IMG/VR virus record: IMGVR_UViG_3300009873_000081
Span: 1-64,000 of that record
DNA from: a virus
Lineage: Duplodnaviria > Caudoviricetes
Length of the DNA stretch: 64,000 bases
Reading direction: 5' to 3' (one strand)
Position numbers and translations under genes: made by a program. Shown one piece after another: positions 9,829 to 18,080 of the stretch (position 1 is its first letter; each line of letters begins with the position of its first letter). Below the pieces are notes generated by a model. That model made no database searches and was not told where the DNA came from. It saw nothing but the letters and a program-made list of their open reading frames with translations.

Positions 9829-10536
9829 TTAATCTTTTGGAACAGCATGGCGATGCACAAAAAACACCGCCTCGCCGTCCATTTTCAGTAGTTTGTCCAA
9901 ATCCTTGAAGGTGATCTTGGCCGAGCCGTTTTCTCCCCAGGACAATCCCCACGAGTTTACCAAATTGACGCAACCTGCCGAAAGCTCGATTTGGTTGGCC
10001 AACAGACAGTGCCCGCCGATAATTTGTCCTGTCGGTCTGATAAAGCCTTTGGTATCCGGCTCCATCATGCCTTCCGTCCAGTAGAGACCGAGCACTGCCG
10101 GGCCATGATAGGCCAACCCTAAAAGCAGGTCAGCCAGTCCAAACGCCCAATAGTAACCTTCGTAGTAACCCAGACGCCTGCCGATTTTGACCCCTGCGAT
10201 AACGCTCGTTCCTTCATACTGCGGGTTGGCATTCGGATATGCGCCGCCTTCCCATTCATCTATCTTCTGTGCCTCCCAATAGATTTTCTCTTCAGCAAAC
10301 CGGTGGTCGATGCCCTTGCTTTCAGCCGGTCGTGCAATCAGTTCGTGTGCGATGCCGTGACCGACGCAACTTCCGGATTGACCTTGATCGAGCAAAGTCA
10401 TACAGCGCCAGGTATAACTTCGCAACGGCTTCTCACCAACCAAATCGCGCACGCGATAGTTTTTGCTTCTCTCGTCAAACTTGGGAATGCGCCCCAGACG
10501 AGGATCGGAAACCAATACGCCGTTTTTTAAAATCAC
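9829..10536 (-). CDS. papain-family (C1) cysteine peptidase
   Basis: DQGQSGSCVG, GGHC and NSWG triad motifs; start re-placed at GTG 10536 (GGAG RBS, GTGA overlap). Confidence 0.85.
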   Translation of the reverse strand: MILKNGVLVSDPRLGRIPKFDERSKNYRVRDLVGEKPLRSYTWRCMTLLDQGQSGSCVGHGIAHELIARPAESKGIDHRFAEEKIYWEAQKIDEWEGGAYPNANPQYEGTSVIAGVKIGRRLGYYEGYYWAFGLADLLLGLAYHGPAVLGLYWTEGMMEPDTKGFIRPTGQIIGGHCLLANQIELSAGCVNLVNSWGLSWGENGSAKITFKDLDKLLKMDGEAVFFVHRHAVPKD

Positions 10537-10796
10537 AAATTCTCCATCGTGTTCAAATGTTCGTCCATTTCTTTCGTTAATTTCAACAGATACTTTTGCG
10601 ATTCGCCAGCGTGGCACTTTGCCAGAACGGTTCTTAAGCTCATCCAGGTTTCTTGCATTTTCTTCAACTTTTTCTCTTGAACCTCATCATCGTAAGCGCC
10701 CTTTATTCTTCCTTTTGTTTTTAGAATCGCATAGCAAGTCAAAAATCCTATCCCAAAAAGCGCTCCCGCCAGTCCGAGAACTGGGAAGTATTCCAT
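10533..10796 (-). CDS. single-TM lysis-region protein (paralog of 11545..11850)
   Basis: N-terminal TM; shared C-terminal pattern with paralog. Confidence 0.6.
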   Translation of the reverse strand: MEYFPVLGLAGALFGIGFLTCYAILKTKGRIKGAYDDEVQEKKLKKMQETWMSLRTVLAKCHAGESQKYLLKLTKEMDEHLNTMENL

Positions 10797-11548
10797 TAAG
10801 CTAAAGTGATAAAGTCCCGATTTTTATAGCTTCTGATCTTTCTTTTTACACTGTCGCCGTCACGATACCCTGCCTCGTTGGTGTTGCCTTCTATCGAAAC
10901 AAAGTAATCATCACCAACTTCAATGACAATACCCGTATGCACCCAGTCCCTTTCGATTTTGCCTTTGGACAAAAACAAGCCTCCGATAATCTTTTCTTTT
11001 CTGTGTGAAGCATAAACGCTGCTGATGAATCTGTTTCCCATTTTTGCGCTTTGTGCCAAATCATCGCAGGAAAAAGTCCTGAGAACCGGCATTTCCATGC
11101 CTAATGTTTCGGCGGTCTGAGCGATGATAAAAGTGACGAATCCGGCACACCACGCCATTTCCTCGCCTTCGTTGCCGTCCATATACATTCTGACCCAGGG
11201 GCCTCGGTTGTTGCCGCCGACTTCTCGCGGGTTCTCAGCCAAATGCTGTTTGGCATAGGCGATAACCAATTCCGGCAGTGAACGTCCATCTTTGTAAAGC
11301 GGCGATACGGCATAATCAAGCGGTGCTTTAAGCAACGCAAAAGTCAAAGCGTCTACGACGCCGGTTGAAAGCAAGTCGTTCTTCCTCTGGAATTCTACTA
11401 CAGCGCGTCTTGTGGCCGGGCCATATAAGCCGTCAATCGAAACGTTATAACCCGCCAAAACCAAAAGCTCTTGGATCAATCTTGCGTCTTGATTTGGCTC
11501 TATGCTCCCATCAACCGGCAAAGAGACTTTCGGCAGATAAGGCTTCAT
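10796..11548 (-). CDS. endolysin: peptidoglycan-binding domain plus CHAP amidase
   Basis: IDGLYGPATRRAVVEFQ...GVVD; WCAGFV, HTGIV, IEGNT. Confidence 0.9.
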   Translation of the reverse strand: MKPYLPKVSLPVDGSIEPNQDARLIQELLVLAGYNVSIDGLYGPATRRAVVEFQRKNDLLSTGVVDALTFALLKAPLDYAVSPLYKDGRSLPELVIAYAKQHLAENPREVGGNNRGPWVRMYMDGNEGEEMAWCAGFVTFIIAQTAETLGMEMPVLRTFSCDDLAQSAKMGNRFISSVYASHRKEKIIGGLFLSKGKIERDWVHTGIVIEVGDDYFVSIEGNTNEAGYRDGDSVKRKIRSYKNRDFITLA

Positions 11549-11850
11549 CGTATTTTTGTTTTTCTCTTGTCAGATACTTCTAAAAGCTCATCAATTTCAG
11601 TACACAACAGGATCGCCGCAAAGTATTGCTTGGCTGACAATCCTGCCCGCCACGAACATAGCAAAGCTCGCAGCCCCAACCAAACACCTTGCAGCTTTTC
11701 CAAGCGTTCGCTTGAGGTTTTTGGCTCTGCTGGCTTGCCATAAAAATAAAGCATAAGCTTTACTTTGAATTTTACCGCAAGCCAATGAAACAGAGCGCCA
11801 AACAAAAAGCTCGTAGCGAGCAACACAATCGGAATAACTATATCTAACAA
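11545..11850 (-). CDS. single-TM lysis-region protein (paralog of 10533..10796)
   Basis: N-terminal TM; GGAGG RBS. Confidence 0.6.
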   Translation of the reverse strand: MLDIVIPIVLLATSFLFGALFHWLAVKFKVKLMLYFYGKPAEPKTSSERLEKLQGVWLGLRALLCSWRAGLSAKQYFAAILLCTEIDELLEVSDKRKTKIR

Positions 11851-11874
11851 CGCAACCTCCTGTCGCGTTTTTTC

Positions 11875-12255
11875 TTAGGGTCGGGCAAACAGCTTGATTA
11901 AATCAGGTATCATCTGTGCCGCTTGCAAAACTCCAAAGATTATCAAAACCACAATGCCTATATTCTTGACTCTTTTGTAGTCTTTCACGTCATCAACTGA
12001 CAGAAGCCGACTTTCGATCTGCTCAAAGAACTTATCATGTTTGTCCAATCGGGTCGTCAATACTGCCAGCCGCTCCCGATGCTCCACGTCTTGCGCCATG
12101 CGTCCATTAAGCATAGCCTCCAAATGCTCGATCTTGCGGGTCTGGCGTTCAAGTTCGGCAAGTATGCGCTCATTGTAGGACTTTTGATATGAAAGCAGTT
12201 CTTGTTGGAAATTGTCCTTGTCCATATTTTCTAATGCTTTTCCTTCGCTACGCAA
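11875..12255 (-). CDS. coiled-coil protein with C-terminal TM (holin-like)
   Basis: heptad-rich N-terminus and C-terminal hydrophobic helix; likely start MDKD. Confidence 0.55.
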   Translation of the reverse strand: MRSEGKALENMDKDNFQQELLSYQKSYNERILAELERQTRKIEHLEAMLNGRMAQDVEHRERLAVLTTRLDKHDKFFEQIESRLLSVDDVKDYKRVKNIGIVVLIIFGVLQAAQMIPDLIKLFARP

Positions 12256-12656
12256 AACGTGAATCCGCTGCTATTCCATTTCAGACAGAACCATTCTATT
12301 TCTCTATATCCCCCGTCGCTGCACAAATATCTGTTGGTAAAGCCTAAAAGCGGCTTTTCTTTCATTGTTGCCGCCGCTTGGATCGTTTTCTGCCGGTCAT
12401 CCGGATGCACCAGTTCAAGCCAGGGTGTCGCAATCAGCTTTTCTTTTGTCCAGCCAAGCAGCCTCGGCCAGGCCTCGTTGAGTTTGATAAAAAAGCCTTT
12501 TTCGTTCGCAATGCAAACCAATTCATCCAGGCACTCAAACAGCGGCCAGACTAACTCGACTGTGTAGGCCGTTTCCAATTGGTGCGCCAGTTTTCTCATC
12601 TCCACCAGCCGCACCGCCGTATTCCTAACCTGTTCCATAAGAGGTGATCGTTTCAA
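12231..12656 (-). CDS. stand-alone PAS domain protein
   Basis: VCIANEKGFFIKLNEAWPRLLGWTKEKL...ELVHPDDR...NRYLCSDGGYREIEW is a textbook PAS fold signature. Confidence 0.85.
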   Translation of the reverse strand: MKRSPLMEQVRNTAVRLVEMRKLAHQLETAYTVELVWPLFECLDELVCIANEKGFFIKLNEAWPRLLGWTKEKLIATPWLELVHPDDRQKTIQAAATMKEKPLLGFTNRYLCSDGGYREIEWFCLKWNSSGFTFCVAKEKH

Positions 12657-12787
12657 GCCTACTCTTTACTTCTCTTTCTTTTTGACAGCCCAATAGCAAC
12701 AAAAGCCAGCAACAGCAGCAAATATTTTTCCAAGCTGCCGATGATCACGCGGTTGCGGGTTGGAACAGCGGCAGCTTCTAATTCATG

Positions 12788-14101
12788 TCAGTGAATTACG
12801 ATAATCCGTCTGCGCAATTGCATTTGTGATCCATGAAAAGCTGACCCTTGCCACTTCAGCCCCAAATAATCTTCAACGCTATGTGTCGCGAGGTCATAAT
12901 TTTTTTCAAGTGGGTTAACAATGAGAAGATTTGAGTAATTTGATACCGTATCATCAAAAGTTGAGCGTACCCTATAGATATAGTTAATTCCGGATGGAAG
13001 TATCAAGTTTGGTGGAAATGAATCAGTGAAAGTAGTATCATCCGCATCTGTTTTTGTTGCTATGAGATGGTCAGTTGGATATTGAAAATGCGAAGGAAGG
13101 TACTTTCGATAAAGCTTGTAGCCATCCGAACCGGCGACTTTATCCCACTTTACAGATATTGAATTTGGCGTGGTTTGTACAGTATCCAAATTCGTCGGGA
13201 CTAAACCATTGTACTGAATACCCGCCCATTTTTGATAAAGGTATTCCAACACACCAGAAATTGTTGCATCACTTTTTCTCCCCTCGAAAACTATCAATTC
13301 AAAAATATATCCGTCATAAGTCTGTGATGCCCCTGACAAATATCTTCCAAGTCTTGCATTACTTGCGTTACCGCTGGAATAATCACCTGCTGACGTATTG
13401 GCTGAATCTCTTTTAACTCCGTCAACGCGCAGCATATAATCAGGATTTGCAGTTTGATCATGAGTAACAACTACAAAGTTAATATTGCTGACCCAATCAG
13501 TTCCAGTAATTGACGTTCTATTAAGGGCAGGACTTCCAGTTCCGTCACCGATCTGAGTTAACCATCCGTCTGTTGCTTCTATAACTCTAAGATGCGCGCC
13601 AACGCCAAAATCCGCATCAGCGGTTGAAAAGATTGGCCCATCTGACAATGCCGATGCTTTAAAAACTACAAATGCAGTCCAATCCTTGCCACTTTGGTGC
13701 ATGAAATTATATAGACTGGTACTGCTATTGTGCATAATGTAATCTGATGCAACAAATAAAATCCCTGGCAATCCTGTTGCAGATATTCCAGTTTTAAACA
13801 GAGGTCGATTTCCTGCCGTAGCTTGCGTAAATGCCCCACCAACACTTCCCCAATTATAGGCGCTATCAATATTTGCATCTGCACTGTATGGATTAGCTGC
13901 ATTCCTCAGACTATCAGCTTTAATCCACAGCCTTAAAGAATCTAAAGTACTCGGTATTATTGGCGATTGCGAATAAACGCTTGATGAAATTAGAACAAAC
14001 AAAACAACGATATTTTTTTTCATTTTTGATCTCTGATAAATGTGCGTCTGCCCAAGTACCGCGACCGGCAGCAGCAGAAAAATTTTAAGACAAAGTTTCA
14101 T
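12788..14101 (-). CDS. LamG/concanavalin-like plus FN3 tail-associated protein with signal peptide(s)
   Basis: LWIKADS...YDGYIFELIVF...YLYQKW LamG pattern; PTNL...SISVKWDKV...YKLYR...YIYRVRS FN3 pattern. Confidence 0.75.
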   Translation of the reverse strand: MKLCLKIFLLLPVAVLGQTHIYQRSKMKKNIVVLFVLISSSVYSQSPIIPSTLDSLRLWIKADSLRNAANPYSADANIDSAYNWGSVGGAFTQATAGNRPLFKTGISATGLPGILFVASDYIMHNSSTSLYNFMHQSGKDWTAFVVFKASALSDGPIFSTADADFGVGAHLRVIEATDGWLTQIGDGTGSPALNRTSITGTDWVSNINFVVVTHDQTANPDYMLRVDGVKRDSANTSAGDYSSGNASNARLGRYLSGASQTYDGYIFELIVFEGRKSDATISGVLEYLYQKWAGIQYNGLVPTNLDTVQTTPNSISVKWDKVAGSDGYKLYRKYLPSHFQYPTDHLIATKTDADDTTFTDSFPPNLILPSGINYIYRVRSTFDDTVSNYSNLLIVNPLEKNYDLATHSVEDYLGLKWQGSAFHGSQMQLRRRIIVIH

Positions 14102-15087
14102 TAATCTTTCCTCGCAAAGATAGTCCCCCACAACTGCTTGGGATCATCTGCCACTGCTGTTATTCGCAAAAACACCGGAGCGTTAGCTGGAATCGTGGCG
14201 TCGTCAAAAGCGGTACTGACTTCGTAGTCATCGGCAACCATGCCTGAAGTCTCAATGTTCGTACCGCGAGTTCTGGGCGTGGTGTGAGCACGATGATCAA
14301 AGAAAATTGTTACTGTGCCGGTATTGGTTGTTACCCAGATTGAATCTATCGTAAAGGCATAAGGCTCGTGAGCGACCATAACCGAGTCGCCAACCAGAAC
14401 GGTATCAAGAAAAGAAAACTTGAAAGCGATCTGTTTCATCTTTGTTGGCAACGCGCTAAAAACACTGTCAGCGTTTTGCTGCGCCCAGTTGATCTGAGTA
14501 TCTGTAATCGTGTTGCTTGCCAACTTAGTCCCAACGATTGCCGCTGATGAATTGATGTCGGCATTGACGATGGTGTTGTTGGAAATCTCGGTGTTAGTCA
14601 CACCGCCGGTTGGTATTTTTATTCCTGCCGACGAGAGCGAAAGCGTCGTGCCGTCAATGTCGATCCGAAGCGAATCTACCGCCGTCGCTCCATTGACAAA
14701 TTCAAGTCCGGAAGCGCTTGCCCGCAAAACGCGAAGCGTATCAGCATCGGCTTTTACACCGTCCGAGCCTATAGCATTGAGTGTCACTGCCCCGGTTGTG
14801 CCACCGCCGCCAAGTCCTGTGCCTGCCGTTACCGCGGTAATATCGCCTGCACCAACCGCCGAGACTTCTGCTGCTGTCACCACACCACGCGCATCGACTG
14901 TCAACACATAATCCTCCGTTTGCGACTCGCCAAAACGAAAATTTGTGACCTTCACCGTGTCAACCGGATTGGCCTGGCTGATCGTATTTCCAGACTTTTG
15001 CCAAAGTCTTGACCACCCGCCCCAACCCTGAGCTTGCGCGATCTGCGGCAAAAGCAAAAACGCCAAAAGCAAAATTGTTTTTTTCAT
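14101..15087 (-). CDS. tail fibre-like protein with signal peptide
   Basis: GDITAVTAGTGLGGGGTTGAVTL fibre motif, I-x-N/T repeats; N-terminal MKKTILLLAFLLLPQIAQA-Q. Confidence 0.75.
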   Translation of the reverse strand: MKKTILLLAFLLLPQIAQAQGWGGWSRLWQKSGNTISQANPVDTVKVTNFRFGESQTEDYVLTVDARGVVTAAEVSAVGAGDITAVTAGTGLGGGGTTGAVTLNAIGSDGVKADADTLRVLRASASGLEFVNGATAVDSLRIDIDGTTLSLSSAGIKIPTGGVTNTEISNNTIVNADINSSAAIVGTKLASNTITDTQINWAQQNADSVFSALPTKMKQIAFKFSFLDTVLVGDSVMVAHEPYAFTIDSIWVTTNTGTVTIFFDHRAHTTPRTRGTNIETSGMVADDYEVSTAFDDATIPANAPVFLRITAVADDPKQLWGTIFARKD

Positions 15088-15088
15088 C

Positions 15089-17347
15089 TTATCTCACGAT
15101 TTTATAACGTAAAGTTCCGGTTAAATCCTTGTTGGCACTGTAGCGATTGGTTAGGTAGACTCGAATCGTGTCGGCAACAATGACATGACCACGCAGTTCA
15201 AAGAATCCCCCCGAAGATGAAGTTATTCCGGAAAACCCAACACTGACTGGATCGCCAACCTCCGCGCCTTTATAAACAACCGTCGTTGAATCGGTTGCAT
15301 CCTGCGCCAAATCACCGGGATTCCACGCAGTACTTTCCATCGGCCAATGCGTGAACATCTCCCGCCAAATGGCTCCGTCGTCGCTATAACTGTAAAACAT
15401 TGACCGCAGGCCGGAGTGAGTTCTTCTGTCTCTTCCATCGGAAAAAAAGAACTGGCCGTTTCCGCCACCGAGATTTTCTATATGGGTGGAGTCGGTAAAA
15501 AGAGTAAAAAGTTTTCGTCCGATCAGTGTGTCAGGGTCAACCAGATTTACTATTGTGTCTATGGCCGCGTCGCTGTTGGTGAACTGTATAAAATCGACGT
15601 TGGCAACGTTAATCTGAGCCGTGTCTTCCTTGAAAGCGAAGCGCCCTATATTGTGCGATCGGATTGGCCCCAATGCCGCGCTGATTGCCTCGCCGGCAGC
15701 AGAATTCGCAAAAACCCTTACAAATTCAATCGGCTTTTGGGGCAATGAGCGGAATCTCACGGTTCCGTCAGATCGAACGATCTCGCTATAGACGATTTGG
15801 GAGTCCCCAATTGAAGTATCCCAATTGTCAAATGCACGTGCGTCGATGATCGAGCGCGAGAACATTTGATGGCTGCCATCCCAAATTGTCGAGAAACCGT
15901 TTGCATTGCTACTGGTTTGACCTATTAGTTGAGTATAAATATTCTGTGGAGCGTAGGCCGATTCGTTATAAATCGCCTGTTCCAAATCGACTCTCGCCGT
16001 GAAATCCGTATGAATCCAGAACATCAGATTGCTGGCATCCGGCCCGAAATGAAAAGCACGGCTTCTCTTCGCTGAATCTGCGTCAAAAATCTCAAAGGTT
16101 AAATGTGCCCATAGATTCTCTGCTCTACCATTCAAGTAAAAGCCGGTAGTAGAATCTGTCAGTCCCATTGAAACATTACGCCAGGAGTTTTGGTAAACTG
16201 ACGGTGTGCCTGCGCCTGGAACTCCCGAAAGCTCACCAGTGCCGATTACTGCGATACCGACTGCGTTTCCACCCTCCTGAATTACTTTTGCATCCCCCAT
16301 CGCAGGAACGGCAATATGCTCGAAATTATTGTTGCGAAAAGATGAAAACGCTGCTGCTGCTGCATTAAAAATAATTGCGGTATCGCAGTTGATTAAGCGA
16401 AGAGATTCAAGATAGTTGTGTTCCGTCCAACCCTTCGCTGACGTGAACGTATTGTAGAAAAGAACGCCAGTGTTAAAATCCTGCATCTGGCAATTCTTAA
16501 CGGCTTGGAAGGTGACATTATTCAACGAGACGGCCACGCCATTACCGCGAGTGCCGATTTGACGAAAGCGGATTCCAGACACGACATTCATCGCCCGAAA
16601 AAATGAGTTGGAGCCTGGTGTTGTGCCATAGACTGTTAGAACAGTGTCGTTTGCCGTTGTGCTAATCGCCGCGCCTGCACCGTCAAGAAATATTTGTTTA
16701 TTGAGTCCATTAATCCTGATCGTGGTGTTCACCAGATAACCCGCTGTATCAGTTGTGACGCTTGCCAAGCTCGGCATCAACTTTACCGTCGATCCGACCG
16801 GAGCGGCGTCAATGGCCTTTTGAATTGCTGGCCCGGCATCGGCACTCAAGTCGTTCTTTGCGCCCCACCATTCCGGTCTGATCATGTCTAAGGCTGTTCC
16901 CGTAAATACTACTGTACCAGAGCCAGTAAACACCTGATACGGGCCAGCAAAAAAACTTCCTTCAATTCTTAAAGTCGTGCCCGAAGCCAGTGTAATCATA
17001 CCGCCTCTGTTAATCGACAGCGCGGCGGTTTGCCGGATTGTATCGGTTGCAGTAATGGACTCGTTGGTTGAGACGATCAATAGAGCGGTGTCAGCTTCGG
17101 CGCGGTTGATGGCGGCAGCTAAAGAACCGAAGTCGTCGGCTGAGTAGCCTCTTTGAATTCCTGCGGTAGTCAGTTCAACTAGCCGTTGAAAAATTTGGTC
17201 TTCAAACCAAGATTTAGAAGGCACAGTCTGGCCGCTAACTATTTGAGATAATTGAGCTTTGGTCTTGTCAATCAGATTTGGAAGCTGGCCAAAAACAGAT
17301 GTTGCGAGTAACAAGATTATAACTTGTGTTTTCCAGAGAATTTTCAT
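15089..17347 (-). CDS. tailspike / pectate-lyase-like beta-helix protein with signal peptide
   Basis: PEWWGAKND...AIQKAIDA beta-helix cap; G-x-I-x-AGPYQVF head motif; start re-placed at MKILWK. Confidence 0.8.
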   Translation of the reverse strand: MKILWKTQVIILLLATSVFGQLPNLIDKTKAQLSQIVSGQTVPSKSWFEDQIFQRLVELTTAGIQRGYSADDFGSLAAAINRAEADTALLIVSTNESITATDTIRQTAALSINRGGMITLASGTTLRIEGSFFAGPYQVFTGSGTVVFTGTALDMIRPEWWGAKNDLSADAGPAIQKAIDAAPVGSTVKLMPSLASVTTDTAGYLVNTTIRINGLNKQIFLDGAGAAISTTANDTVLTVYGTTPGSNSFFRAMNVVSGIRFRQIGTRGNGVAVSLNNVTFQAVKNCQMQDFNTGVLFYNTFTSAKGWTEHNYLESLRLINCDTAIIFNAAAAAFSSFRNNNFEHIAVPAMGDAKVIQEGGNAVGIAVIGTGELSGVPGAGTPSVYQNSWRNVSMGLTDSTTGFYLNGRAENLWAHLTFEIFDADSAKRSRAFHFGPDASNLMFWIHTDFTARVDLEQAIYNESAYAPQNIYTQLIGQTSSNANGFSTIWDGSHQMFSRSIIDARAFDNWDTSIGDSQIVYSEIVRSDGTVRFRSLPQKPIEFVRVFANSAAGEAISAALGPIRSHNIGRFAFKEDTAQINVANVDFIQFTNSDAAIDTIVNLVDPDTLIGRKLFTLFTDSTHIENLGGGNGQFFFSDGRDRRTHSGLRSMFYSYSDDGAIWREMFTHWPMESTAWNPGDLAQDATDSTTVVYKGAEVGDPVSVGFSGITSSSGGFFELRGHVIVADTIRVYLTNRYSANKDLTGTLRYKIVR

Positions 17348-17391
17348 GTCTGTCGTACTCACCATGTTGAAATCCATAAGAGATTAGGAAG

Positions 17392-18080
17392 CTATTCACA
17401 ACTTAAATCAACAGGGAATTGAACCATCGGCTGATTTTCGCTATCCACAACGTCATGACGCATATCAATAATACAGCGCTCCCATTCGTTTGTATACATC
17501 TGCACCAAGTTCATATTTGCAGCGCCGTTCATTTTCAGCACTTCCGCTGTAATTCCCTGAACATAGGGCATAAAGTAGCGTTCTGGTATTCCTATTGTAT
17601 CTTGATCACTGCTAATAGCGTCAGGGAAACCTGAATAGTGTATTTCAATCTCAAGTCCTGCCGTTGTCGGTGCATTACCGTTCTGATCGACCACACCGAT
17701 ATATCCGTAGATTCCCCGCCGTTCAACGTAGAAATGCCAATCAACCGTTGTGCCGCTTATGACGTTGCCGGTTCCTACCATATCCTGCAAGCGGATCACA
17801 TCTTCACGGGTGATCTTGCTGGCTAAAATATCATTGATGTGCACTTCCTTGATGTGCAAAATGTCCGCAGCAAGCTCGTAAGTTGCTTGATTGGCAACAG
17901 TTGTAATTGTTGCCGTAGCTGAAAGCAGGTTAGCACGACGCGCTGCTTCCATGCCTTTGAGGTTTATGAGATCATAAAGCAGTCTTCTTGGAATTTTAGT
18001 CCGGTTTACTCCAGCTTGACCAGCCATGATCTCGACCAAGTCACATAGAACACCGACATTCGTATAAGCGATTTTCTCAT
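17392..18080 (-). CDS. head-tail adaptor / tail tubular protein
   Basis: TITTVANQATYELAADILHIKEV...IPERY adaptor pattern; 5' end anomalous (see findings). Confidence 0.7.

Noticed and set aside
12788-17377. Diversity-generating retroelement acting on fibres
   Set aside because: No reverse transcriptase or TR/VR pair seen
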